Shown here piece after piece: positions 8,402 to 15,357 of a DNA stretch of 21,724 nucleotides. Position 1 is the stretch's first letter, and the number at the start of each line of letters is the position of its first letter. A program made the translations under genes and the position numbers. Under the pieces are notes generated by a model, which was given only the letters and a program-made list of their open reading frames with translations, was not told the origin of the DNA and searched no databases. Source of the DNA: Frankia sp. CIT1 (GTDB taxonomy: Bacteria; Actinomycetota; Actinomycetes; Frankiales; Frankiaceae); contig CAKJTL010000092.1 of assembly GCA_917627385.1 (NCBI GenBank), positions 35,523 to 57,246 on the forward strand, written 5' to 3'.

Positions 8402-9484
8402 TCATGAGCCCAGGAGTGCCAGCGCGCTCTCGATCAATCCGGGGATGGCCCGCGCGTAGCGCTCAGCGGACGGGTCCGGGCTGGGCCGCCGCCGGTTGTG
8501 CTTGACGATGAGAGACAGCGTGGCCGCCGACTTGAAGTGGACCAGCGCGTCGAACCAACGCAGATCGGCCACGGCCGTGCCCCGGGCCTGCTCGTAGGTG
8601 TCCAGGACGGCAGCGGCGGACGGGACGCCCGGCGGGTCGAAACGCGCGATCGGGCTGCCCGTCACATCGCACATGGACAGAAACCAGGCCAGGTCCAATC
8701 TGGGATCGCCCACCGTCCAGATCTCCCAGTCGATGACGGCGGTGATGTCGCCGCCGACGGCGAGCATGTTGCCCAGCCGCCAGTCACCGTGCACCACGAC
8801 CGGGGCAAGCTCCGCCGGCAGCCGGGCGCGCAATGCCGCGGCACACTCCGAGTGGCGCGGCCGCAACGCCTGTTCGACCGTGTCCAGCGCGCGCTCCCAC
8901 CGACCGACCTCATCCGCCAGGGACACCGGCCGCTCATCCCCCAGGCCCACCGACACCGGCGAGATGGCCTGCATCGCCGCGAGCATGCGCGCCGCCGCGG
9001 CGAAGCGGCCCCGCACCGCCGCGGGTGCGAGCGGCGCCCACGGCGCATCCATGATCGGCTCGTAGGAGTCCCCGTCGATGAAGTCCATCGCGAACAGCGG
9101 TGGGATTCCCGGCGGATCCCCCGGGTCGCCGAAGAGCACCCGGGGGACCCGGATGTCCGGCACGGCAGCCAACGCGCGCAACAACCGGGCCTGTCGTAGA
9201 ACGTCCCGGTTGCGGACCGGAGACACACCGGGCGTGGCAACCTTGAGCACGACCCGGCGGCGTCCACCGGCGGCGTCCACCAGTGACGCGGCGAAGGTGT
9301 GGCCCGACTGGCCGCCGGTGAGCTCGACAAGATCCTCGACCGCCACCTCGCCCGCCGGGCCACCGGCACCGGCACCCGCACCCGCACCCGCCCCCGCGGC
9401 AGCGGCAGCGGCAGCGGCAGCGGCTGAACGCACCCGCCGAGCGAGCTCGTCGAGGTTGATGACCGGCGTCGCGGCAGGCCGCAT
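8402..9484 (-). CDS. Phosphotransferase family protein (APH/choline-kinase-like, PF01636-type)
   Basis: The ORF extends to 9967, but the upstream 161 codons overlap the CoA-transferase gene and look like a spurious high-GC extension. Start ATG 9482-9484 (MRPAATPV...) sits 2 nt after the upstream gene's TGA stop, suggesting translational coupling. Motifs are 'LTGGQSGHTF', a catalytic 'VVHGDWRLGN' and 'IDWE'. Confidence 0.8.
   Translation of the reverse strand: MRPAATPVINLDELARRVRSAAAAAAAAAAGAGAGAGAGAGGPAGEVAVEDLVELTGGQSGHTFAASLVDAAGGRRRVVLKVATPGVSPVRNRDVLRQARLLRALAAVPDIRVPRVLFGDPGDPPGIPPLFAMDFIDGDSYEPIMDAPWAPLAPAAVRGRFAAAARMLAAMQAISPVSVGLGDERPVSLADEVGRWERALDTVEQALRPRHSECAAALRARLPAELAPVVVHGDWRLGNMLAVGGDITAVIDWEIWTVGDPRLDLAWFLSMCDVTGSPIARFDPPGVPSAAAVLDTYEQARGTAVADLRWFDALVHFKSAATLSLIVKHNRRRPSPDPSAERYARAIPGLIESALALLGS
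9361..9426. repeat. Hexanucleotide in-frame tandem repeats ((caccgg)2(cacccg)3 ... (cggcag)5) encoding an A10-(GA)5 tract in the phosphotransferase N-terminus
   Basis: Read directly. The protein reads AAAAAAAAAAGAGAGAGAGAG. Confidence 0.65.
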
Positions 9485-9486
9485 GG

Positions 9487-10650
9487 TCACGCCTGGCTCG
9501 TCGTGGGTGCCACGCCCCAGGTTGCGAGCACCTCGCCGACGCTCGTCGCCACCGGGCCGGGTGGGGTGGACGCGGGTGTGCGGCTGAAGCGCGGGGCGGG
9601 CGCGGGACGCACCGCTCCCCCGCGGTCGGTGAAGGTCCCGCGGTGGGCGATGTGCGGATGCGAGGGCGCCTCGTCCATCGACAGCACCGGGGCGAAGCAG
9701 GCGTCGGTGTGCTCCAGCAACGCGCACCACTCGTCCCTGGTCCGCGTTCTGAACACGTCGGCGAGCCGGGCCTTCATCGGCCGCCAGCCGCTCTTGTCCC
9801 ACTGTGTCGCCGCGTCGACCGGGTCGATCCCGATCAGCTCCAGCAGGATGCGGTAGAAGTTGTTCTCTATCGCGCCGACCGCGATGTGACGGCCGTCGGC
9901 GGTCTCGTAGACGTTGTAGAAGGGTGCGCCGGTGTCCAGGGTGTTGGTGCCCCGCGGGCCATCCCACGTCCCGGACGCACGCATCTCGTGCGTCATCATC
10001 ATCATCAGCGCGGCCCCGTCGACCATGGCCGCGTCAACGACCTGACCGAGCCCGGACGCCCTCGTCTCGAACAGCGCGCACATCACCCCGAAGCCGAGCA
10101 GCATCCCGCCGCCACCGAAGTCACCGACGAGGTTGAGCGGCGGGACCGGCGCCTGTCCCTCCCGACCGATCGGGTCCAGCGCCCCCGCGAGCGCGATGTA
10201 GTTGATGTCGTGGCCGGCCGCCCGAGCATAAGGACCCTCCTGGCCCCAACCGGTCACCCGCCCGTAGACGAGCCGAGGGTTGCGGGCAAGGCAGACCTCG
10301 GGGCCGACACCGAGACGCTCGGCCACGCCCGGTCGGTAACCCTCGATGAAGACATCCGCGGCGTCGGTGAGCGCGAGCACCGCGGCCACCCCCGCTGGAT
10401 CCTTGAGGTCGACGGTGACGGTCCGCCGGCCGCGGGCCAGCAGCGCGGACGCCGGCTCGGCCTGCGCGCCGGGTGAACGGTCCACCGAGACGACGTCGGC
10501 TCCCATGTCGGCGAGCAGCATCGCGGCGAACGGCCCAGGCCCCTGGCCGGCGAGTTCCACAACGCGCACCCCTCGCAGTGGCCCGCCGGTTAATGTCCCG
10601 GTCGTCTGTTCCTCGGTTGCCTGTTCCTCGGTCGTCTGTTCCTCGGTCAT
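9487..10650 (-). CDS. Family III CoA-transferase (CaiB/BaiF/alpha-methylacyl-CoA racemase-like)
   Basis: ORF 9487..10746. The likely start is ATG at 10648-10650 (MTEEQTTEEQATEEQTTGTL...). The conserved N-terminus is 'GVRVVELAGQGPGPFAAMLLADMGADVVSVD', with 'GYRPG' and 'GHDINYIALAGAL...LVGDFGGG' typical of CoA_transf_3. Confidence 0.85.
   Translation of the reverse strand: MTEEQTTEEQATEEQTTGTLTGGPLRGVRVVELAGQGPGPFAAMLLADMGADVVSVDRSPGAQAEPASALLARGRRTVTVDLKDPAGVAAVLALTDAADVFIEGYRPGVAERLGVGPEVCLARNPRLVYGRVTGWGQEGPYARAAGHDINYIALAGALDPIGREGQAPVPPLNLVGDFGGGGMLLGFGVMCALFETRASGLGQVVDAAMVDGAALMMMMTHEMRASGTWDGPRGTNTLDTGAPFYNVYETADGRHIAVGAIENNFYRILLELIGIDPVDAATQWDKSGWRPMKARLADVFRTRTRDEWCALLEHTDACFAPVLSMDEAPSHPHIAHRGTFTDRGGAVRPAPAPRFSRTPASTPPGPVATSVGEVLATWGVAPTTSQA
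10600..10647. repeat. 15-bp in-frame tandem repeat x3 (ggtcgtctgttcctc / ggttgcctgttcctc / ggtcgtctgttcctc) at the 5' end of the CoA-transferase gene
   Basis: Read directly. It encodes TEEQTTEEQATEEQTT immediately after the start codon. Confidence 0.65.
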
Positions 10651-10690
10651 CGCCCGCCCATCCTGTCGGCCCGCCCATCCTGTCGGCCTG
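10651..10690. repeat. 17-bp direct repeat x2 (gcccatcctgtcggcc) in the 5' leader of the CoA-transferase gene, each copy carrying an SD-like AGGATGG on the mRNA strand
   Basis: Read directly. Copies are at 10656-10671 and 10673-10688. The mRNA sense is ggccgacaggatgggc x2, directly abutting the ATG. Confidence 0.55.
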
Positions 10691-10743
10691 TCCGGTGTCC
10701 GGTGCCGTGCCATCGGCCGGTGGCACAGCACGCTGCCCCCGCT

Positions 10744-10767
10744 CACGTGTTCACGTGTTCACGTGTC
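10744..10767. repeat. Three tandem CACGTGTT units (palindromic CACGTG cores, 8-bp period) overlapping the enoyl-CoA hydratase stop codon
   Basis: Read directly: cacgtgttcacgtgttcacgtgtc. The ECH TGA stop lies in the second unit. Confidence 0.55.
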
Positions 10768-11577
10768 GCCGAAGACGGGCGCGCGCCTGGCGAGGAAGGC
10801 GGCCTCCGCCTCGCGGCAGTCCTCGGTCAGGCTGGCGAGGATCTGGGTACGGTTCTCCAGCTGCATCGCGGCGTCGAGGCTCGGGGCGTCGATGTTCTTC
10901 CAGAGCACCTGTTTGGTCATCCGGACCCCGAACGGGCTGTTGGCCATGATCGCCGAAGCGATCGACAGTGCCTCGTCCAGTACCCTGCCGTCGTCGACGA
11001 CCCGCAGCACCAAGCCGTTGTCCCTGGCCTCCAGCGCGTCGATCAACCGACCGGTCAGCATCATCTCGGCTGCCGCCGTCGGCCCGACGATCCGGGGCAG
11101 GAAGTAACTGGTGCCCATGTCCGCGCCGGACAGACCGATACGCACAAAGGCCACGTTGAAGCGGGCGGAGCTCGCGGCGAGCCGGATGTCCGCGGCCAGC
11201 GCGAGGGCCAGCCCCGCGCCCGAAGCTGGGCCGTTGACCGCGGCGATGACCGCCTGCGGCAACTCGTGGATGGTTTTGATTAACTGAGCCGCCCGGGTCT
11301 GCCAGGCCATCCCGAACTGGATCCGGCCGAGATCCGACGCGGCGGGGTCCGCGCCGAGGTCGCGCAGGTCCTGCCCTGAGCAGAAGCCCCGGCCCGCACC
11401 CGTGATCACCAGGACCCGGGTCGAGGCGTCCCGGGACAGGGCGTCGACGATCTGTTCGATCTCGTCGTACATCTTCAGCGTGATGGCGTTCAGCCGGTCC
11501 GGCCGGTTGAGGGTGAGGACGGCGACGCGCGGAGCCACTTCCTCGAAGCTGATGGTCTCCAAACTGCCGGTCTCCAA
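10759..11577 (-). CDS. Enoyl-CoA hydratase/isomerase (crotonase family)
   Basis: ORF 10759..11664. The track's ORF start is TTG, and the N-terminal 30 codons look spurious. The likely start is TTG at 11575-11577 with GAAGGAG 10 nt upstream. An alternative is TTG 11560-11562 with GGAG 8 nt upstream. Crotonase motifs are 'VAVLTLNRPDRLNA', 'VITGAGRGFCSGQDL' and 'AAVNGPASGAGLALALAADIRLA'. Confidence 0.8.
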   Translation of the reverse strand: METGSLETISFEEVAPRVAVLTLNRPDRLNAITLKMYDEIEQIVDALSRDASTRVLVITGAGRGFCSGQDLRDLGADPAASDLGRIQFGMAWQTRAAQLIKTIHELPQAVIAAVNGPASGAGLALALAADIRLAASSARFNVAFVRIGLSGADMGTSYFLPRIVGPTAAAEMMLTGRLIDALEARDNGLVLRVVDDGRVLDEALSIASAIMANSPFGVRMTKQVLWKNIDAPSLDAAMQLENRTQILASLTEDCREAEAAFLARRAPVFGDT

Positions 11578-11720
11578 CGCTTCAGCGCTCCTTCGGCCGG
11601 GACGACACCGCCCCCACAACAACATGTGCGACCGGCCGTCCATGTCAGGGGGATGGCATCGCAACGGTGGCTGCCGACGCTACGCTTTCGCGTACTTGTA
11701 GTGCAATGCGTTTGATAGTC

Positions 11721-11735
11721 TAACTTTAAAAATGC
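11721..11735. promoter_or_regulatory. AT-rich element TAACTTTAAAAATGC in the divergent ECH/ABM intergenic region; TTGACA at 11750-11755
   Basis: A low-GC patch in a high-GC intergenic region. It shares the TTTAAAAAT core with the element at 708-720. Confidence 0.3.
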
Positions 11736-11841
11736 AGGCTTCCGCCCTGGTTGACAACGATCCAGCGTGCTGTGCTGACCGCCCGCCAAGCGTCTCCCGC
11801 TCCCGCTCCCGTAGCTCATGGCTCATAGGAGGAAACGGCCC

Positions 11842-12168
11842 ATGCCACCCGTCGCGGTCATGTTCACCTTCTCGGTGCCAGCGGACAAGATCGACGATGC
11901 GATCGGGATCCTGGGCGAGATCAGCGCGGCCATGAAGACCGAGGAACCGGCCGTCCTGATGCACGTCTCCCACCAGCGGGCCGACAAGCCGGGTTCGTTC
12001 GCCTTCTACGAGCTCTACCCCGACGAGACGGCGTTCAAGGCCCACGGCAAGGGTCCGATCATGAAAGCGGCCGGTAGCCGGCTCAACGCCCTGATGGAAC
12101 AGCCGGGCAAGGGCTTCATCCTCAGCCCCGTCACCGGCGTCGGCCTGCCCACCTCAGCGCGCCCCTGA
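11842..12168 (+). CDS. Antibiotic-biosynthesis-monooxygenase (ABM) domain protein / putative quinol monooxygenase
   Basis: ORF 11818..12168. The likely start is ATG 11842, with AGGAGG at 11827-11832 (9-nt spacer). The protein is a ~108-aa ferredoxin-like fold, 'VAVMFTFSVPADKIDDAIGILGEISAAMKTEEPAVLMHVSHQ...FAFYELYPDETAFKAHG', typical of ABM. Confidence 0.75.
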   Translation: MPPVAVMFTFSVPADKIDDAIGILGEISAAMKTEEPAVLMHVSHQRADKPGSFAFYELYPDETAFKAHGKGPIMKAAGSRLNALMEQPGKGFILSPVTGVGLPTSARP

Positions 12169-12171
12169 GCG

Positions 12172-12219
12172 TCCCGACCTTCCGACCTTCCGACCTTCCG
12201 ACCCTCCGACCCTCCGACC
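12172..12219. repeat. Octanucleotide tandem repeat (YTCCGACC)6 immediately after the ABM stop codon
   Basis: Read directly: tcccgacc ttccgacc ttccgacc ttccgacc ctccgacc ctccgacc. Confidence 0.7.
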
Positions 12220-12220
12220 G

Positions 12221-12260
12221 AGTTTTATACAAGCCTGCCTTGACAGGGTGGTATAAAACT
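12221..12260 (+). promoter_or_regulatory. Perfect 10-bp inverted repeat AGTTTTATAC ... GTATAAAACT bracketing a -35-like TTGACA (12240-12245), 4 nt upstream of the GTG start of the Schlafen-like gene
   Basis: Read directly. It is a low-GC island. The geometry suggests an operator overlapping the promoter and a leaderless or near-leaderless transcript. Confidence 0.45.
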
Positions 12261-12264
12261 ACTC

Positions 12265-14031
12265 GTGACTGTGAGTCGCGAGCAGCTCCGCCGTGAAGCG
12301 GACAGGGCGATCGACGAGGTGCTCGCGGGACGGGAAGCGTGCGAGCTGGAGTCGCAGACACTCGACTTCAAGGAGCTGAAGCGTCCCGCGGGCAACGACC
12401 GCGACCTGCTGAAGGCCGCGGCTGCCGACCTCGCCGAAGCTGTGGCCTGCCTGGCCAACAGCCGGGGCGGGACGGTCATCGTCGGGGTGCGCGACGATGG
12501 GGCTGGGCCCGCGGCCATCGTGGGCGTACCCACCGACCTCGACATAGACGATCTTCGCCATCGAATCTGGCAGCACACGTCGCCATCCTTGGTAGTCGAT
12601 ATTGAAAGTCGCGTCGCACACGGCATGCGGCTGCTTCTCATCACCGTGGAAACAGCATTTGACCTGGTTCGGGCTGGTGGAAAACTTCGCGAACGGATGG
12701 GCACCTCCTGCGAACCGATGGCTCCTGGCCGGGAAGCCGTCATCCGTGACGAGCGCCGTGGATACGACTGGTCCGCCGAGCCCACGCACCTGCGGGTCGA
12801 CGACGTGTCCCCACGCGCGGTCGAGGAGGCACGCCGTGGGCTCACCGAGGCGGGAGACGCCCAGAGCCGTCGGCGTGCCGAGCTAAGCGTCACCGACCTC
12901 CTGCGTGAGTGCGCGGTTCTGGACAGCAGCGGACATCTCACCCGGGGAGGTGCCCTGCTGTTCAGTAGCCTGCACCCTTTCGCCGCTGATCCGACAATCC
13001 AGTACCTGCGGCGGCGGACGCCGGCCGGTCCCCTTACCCGTCCATCATCAGTCCACCGAACTCCCCTGATTGTCGCCCTGGCCGATCTTCTTCGGGATAT
13101 TGACGCAATCAACGAGACCACGTCGGTCACACTTCCCACCGGCGTGCAACAACAACTCGAAACGATTCCCGGCCCGGCCGCGCGCGAAGCCGTGGTCAAC
13201 GCAATCGCACACCGCGACTACCGGCATCGTGAGCCGGTAGTCGTCGAGCACAGCCCCAGCCGGCTCGTTGTGACATCACCTGGGGAGCTGGTGTTCGGGG
13301 TAACCGAGGAGAACTTGCTCACGCATGTGTCCAAGCCGCGAAACCGCTGCCTGGTCGAGGCGCTGCGGGTGCTCCGCCTGGCGGAAAGAGCCGGCACTGG
13401 TGTCGATGTGATGGTACGGGTCATGATCCGCGCAGGACATCCGCCGCCGGTCTTTACAAGCAGGAGCGGGAGCGTCCGGGTCGTCATCGACGGCGGTGCT
13501 CCTGTGACACGCCTTGCGGTAATGATCGCAAGCCTGCCTGTTGAGGTGCAGGACGACACTGATGCAATTCTGCTCATTCATTTCCTGCGGTCCCATGCGA
13601 CCGTCGATGCGGTTAAGATCGCTCCTATCCTCCAGAAGAGCGTTGAAGAGGCATCCGAGGCTCTCCGGCGGCTGTCGGACGACACCTACGATCTGCTGGA
13701 GCCGGTTCGAGCGACACGCCGGTACCGGATACCCGCGTATCGCTTCCGGGAACGTACGCGCGCGGAACTGGGCACGCTGCTGCCCTACCATCGCAACGAC
13801 TCCGATGAGATCGAGCGTCGTATCGTCGCACACCTGCGCGAATATGGGACGATCTCCAACCAGACCGTCCAGAACCTGTTCCTGGTGGGGGTCCAGCGGG
13901 CGAGCACGCTCCTGCGTTCGCTCGCGGAGAAGGGCGTGCTCCAGCGCACGGCCGACTCGCCGACCCGCGGACCGACCGTCAGGTACGAAGCCGGGCCGGC
14001 GTTTCCACAACGCGGCAGCCGCCGCCGATGA
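12265..14031 (+). CDS. Schlafen-like ATPase/DNA-binding protein: AlbA_2 (divergent AAA) domain + HATPase_c_4 ('RecG C-terminal-like', COG2865 family)
   Basis: 588-aa ORF starting at GTG. N-terminal 'LDFKELKRPAGNDRDLLKAAAADLAEAVACLANSRGGTVIVGVRDDGAG' fits AlbA_2. The central 'AREAVVNAIAHRDYRHREPVVVE' matches the NAxxHRDY signature of HATPase_c_4. The C-terminus has a wHTH-like region. This is recalled motif similarity with no search. Confidence 0.7.
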   Translation: MTVSREQLRREADRAIDEVLAGREACELESQTLDFKELKRPAGNDRDLLKAAAADLAEAVACLANSRGGTVIVGVRDDGAGPAAIVGVPTDLDIDDLRHRIWQHTSPSLVVDIESRVAHGMRLLLITVETAFDLVRAGGKLRERMGTSCEPMAPGREAVIRDERRGYDWSAEPTHLRVDDVSPRAVEEARRGLTEAGDAQSRRRAELSVTDLLRECAVLDSSGHLTRGGALLFSSLHPFAADPTIQYLRRRTPAGPLTRPSSVHRTPLIVALADLLRDIDAINETTSVTLPTGVQQQLETIPGPAAREAVVNAIAHRDYRHREPVVVEHSPSRLVVTSPGELVFGVTEENLLTHVSKPRNRCLVEALRVLRLAERAGTGVDVMVRVMIRAGHPPPVFTSRSGSVRVVIDGGAPVTRLAVMIASLPVEVQDDTDAILLIHFLRSHATVDAVKIAPILQKSVEEASEALRRLSDDTYDLLEPVRATRRYRIPAYRFRERTRAELGTLLPYHRNDSDEIERRIVAHLREYGTISNQTVQNLFLVGVQRASTLLRSLAEKGVLQRTADSPTRGPTVRYEAGPAFPQRGSRRR

Positions 14032-14084
14032 AACCGAGGGATGCGGGTCACTGTGAGCGCGCCAAGACCACCCACGACAACCAC

Positions 14085-14759
14085 ATGACCGAACGCCCCT
14101 ACATCCTGCTGTCGGCCGCCACATCCGTGGACGGCTATCTCGACGACACCGCCAACCAACGGCTGATAATCTCCAACAAGGCCGACCTCGACCGGGTCGA
14201 CGAAGTCCGTGCCAGCGTCGACGCCATCCTGGTAGGCGCGAACACCATCCGCCGCGACAACCCCCGGCTGCTGGTCCGCTCGATAGCCCGCCGCACCGAC
14301 CGGATAACCCGCGGCCTCCCCGAAAACCCCATCAAAATCACCCTCACCAGTCGCGGCGACCTCGACCCCACCGCCAGCTTCTTCACCACCGGGCCAGCCG
14401 AGAAAATCGTCTATGTCACGACTCCCGCCGTGAACAAGACCCGCGAGCACCTCACCGACGTGGCATCTGTCGTGGACACCGGTAACCCACTCGACCTCCA
14501 CACCCTCCTGGCCGACCTCGCCGCGCGCGGCGTACGCCGGCTGATGGTCGAGGGCGGCGGCACCATCCACACCCAGTTCCTCACCGCCGGGCTCGCCAAC
14601 GAGATCCACCTGGTGATCGCACCGTTCTTCATCGGCGACCCGGCCGCACCCCGCTTCGCCGGCACCGGCACCTTTCCCCACCACCCCGGCCACCGGATGA
14701 CACTGGCCGAGGCCCGTCAGCTCGACGACGTCGTCTTCCTGCGCTACCTGCTCGGCTGA
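14085..14759 (+). CDS. RibD C-terminal domain / dihydrofolate-reductase-like reductase
   Basis: ORF 14028..14759. ATG 14085 (MTERPYILLSAATSVDGYLDD...) fits the family N-terminus (xRKvilyiAxSLDGyIA). The alternative start ATG 14028 overlaps the upstream TGA as ATGA, implying possible translational coupling. The C-terminal 'RRLMVEGGGTIHTQFL' is typical of RibD_C. Confidence 0.8.
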   Translation: MTERPYILLSAATSVDGYLDDTANQRLIISNKADLDRVDEVRASVDAILVGANTIRRDNPRLLVRSIARRTDRITRGLPENPIKITLTSRGDLDPTASFFTTGPAEKIVYVTTPAVNKTREHLTDVASVVDTGNPLDLHTLLADLAARGVRRLMVEGGGTIHTQFLTAGLANEIHLVIAPFFIGDPAAPRFAGTGTFPHHPGHRMTLAEARQLDDVVFLRYLLG

Positions 14760-14811
14760 CCTCTGTTCTGTGGTCGGCATTGTCAGCGGCGTCCGAGCGG
14801 TGTGGTTGACG

Positions 14812-15354
14812 TCAGAGTGCCAGCCACTTGTCGAATGAGGGCCTGTCGATCACTTCAGGAGGACTTCCTCGCTGATGAGTGCGGAGGGTCTGGGTATATC
14901 CCCACAAGGCGTCAGCGTCGACCCATTCCCGCTTGGCCGCGACCTTCAACAGGTGCCAGGTCCTGACTACTTTGATCTTGTTCCGAGCGGCGAGCCGTAC
15001 GGCATCGTTGTCATCGGTGACGAAGAATCCGTGCACGCGGCGACGGATCATGATTGCGAGCGTCTCGGCTTCACCGAGGTGTCGGTGAGGGTGGTCGCCT
15101 GGGCTGGCAAGCTCCTCGCGAAGAAGCCTCGTGTCCTGAAGTTCTGCCGCGTCGGGGAACCAGGGCGACCCGAAAATGCCCCTGGCATCGGCCAACGCGG
15201 CGAGACCGGGTTTGCGTGCCGACGAGTCGCATTCCGCTGCCACGGTGGCGCACCAGTGGCCGTGGCCGTTCGCCAGCCGCTCCAGCAGATCCATCCGGTT
15301 GATGATCGCAAAATTGATCAGAACTGTGTTGTCCGGGAACAGGAGCACGGCCAC
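14812..15354 (-). CDS. PIN-like (VapC-like) putative nuclease / toxin partner of the upstream XRE-ImmA gene
   Basis: 180-aa ORF. The GTG start at 15352-15354 lies 3 nt after the upstream gene's TGA. N-terminal 'VLLFPDNTVLINFAIINRMDLLERL' resembles PIN strand-1 (DxNVLI). 'GEAETLA' and 'FFVTDDNDAVRLA' supply the further acidic residues of a PIN active site. Assigned from memory of motifs. Confidence 0.6.
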   Translation of the reverse strand: MAVLLFPDNTVLINFAIINRMDLLERLANGHGHWCATVAAECDSSARKPGLAALADARGIFGSPWFPDAAELQDTRLLREELASPGDHPHRHLGEAETLAIMIRRRVHGFFVTDDNDAVRLAARNKIKVVRTWHLLKVAAKREWVDADALWGYTQTLRTHQRGSPPEVIDRPSFDKWLAL

Positions 15355-15357
15355 GGT

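Noticed and set aside
7245-8459. 404-aa plus-strand ORF overlapping the aldo/keto reductase
   Set aside because: No recognisable motifs. It is antisense to a well-supported AKR gene and looks like a high-GC artefact. The same applies to the other overlapping ORFs: 1986..2930 +, 10346..11107 +, 12225..13199 -, 13785..14780 -, 18821..19762 + and 20027..21163 +.
9485-9967. 161-codon N-terminal extension of the phosphotransferase ORF
   Set aside because: It fully overlaps the CoA-transferase coding region in another frame and is Arg/Pro-rich nonsense. The internal ATG at 9482-9484 begins the conserved APH fold right after the upstream stop.
14807-14814. TGACGTCA (CRE-like) perfect palindrome between the convergent RibD_C and PIN-like genes
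   Set aside because: It overlaps the PIN-like gene's TGA stop and is only 8 bp, which is expected by chance at this frequency. There are no flanking hairpin arms for a terminator.
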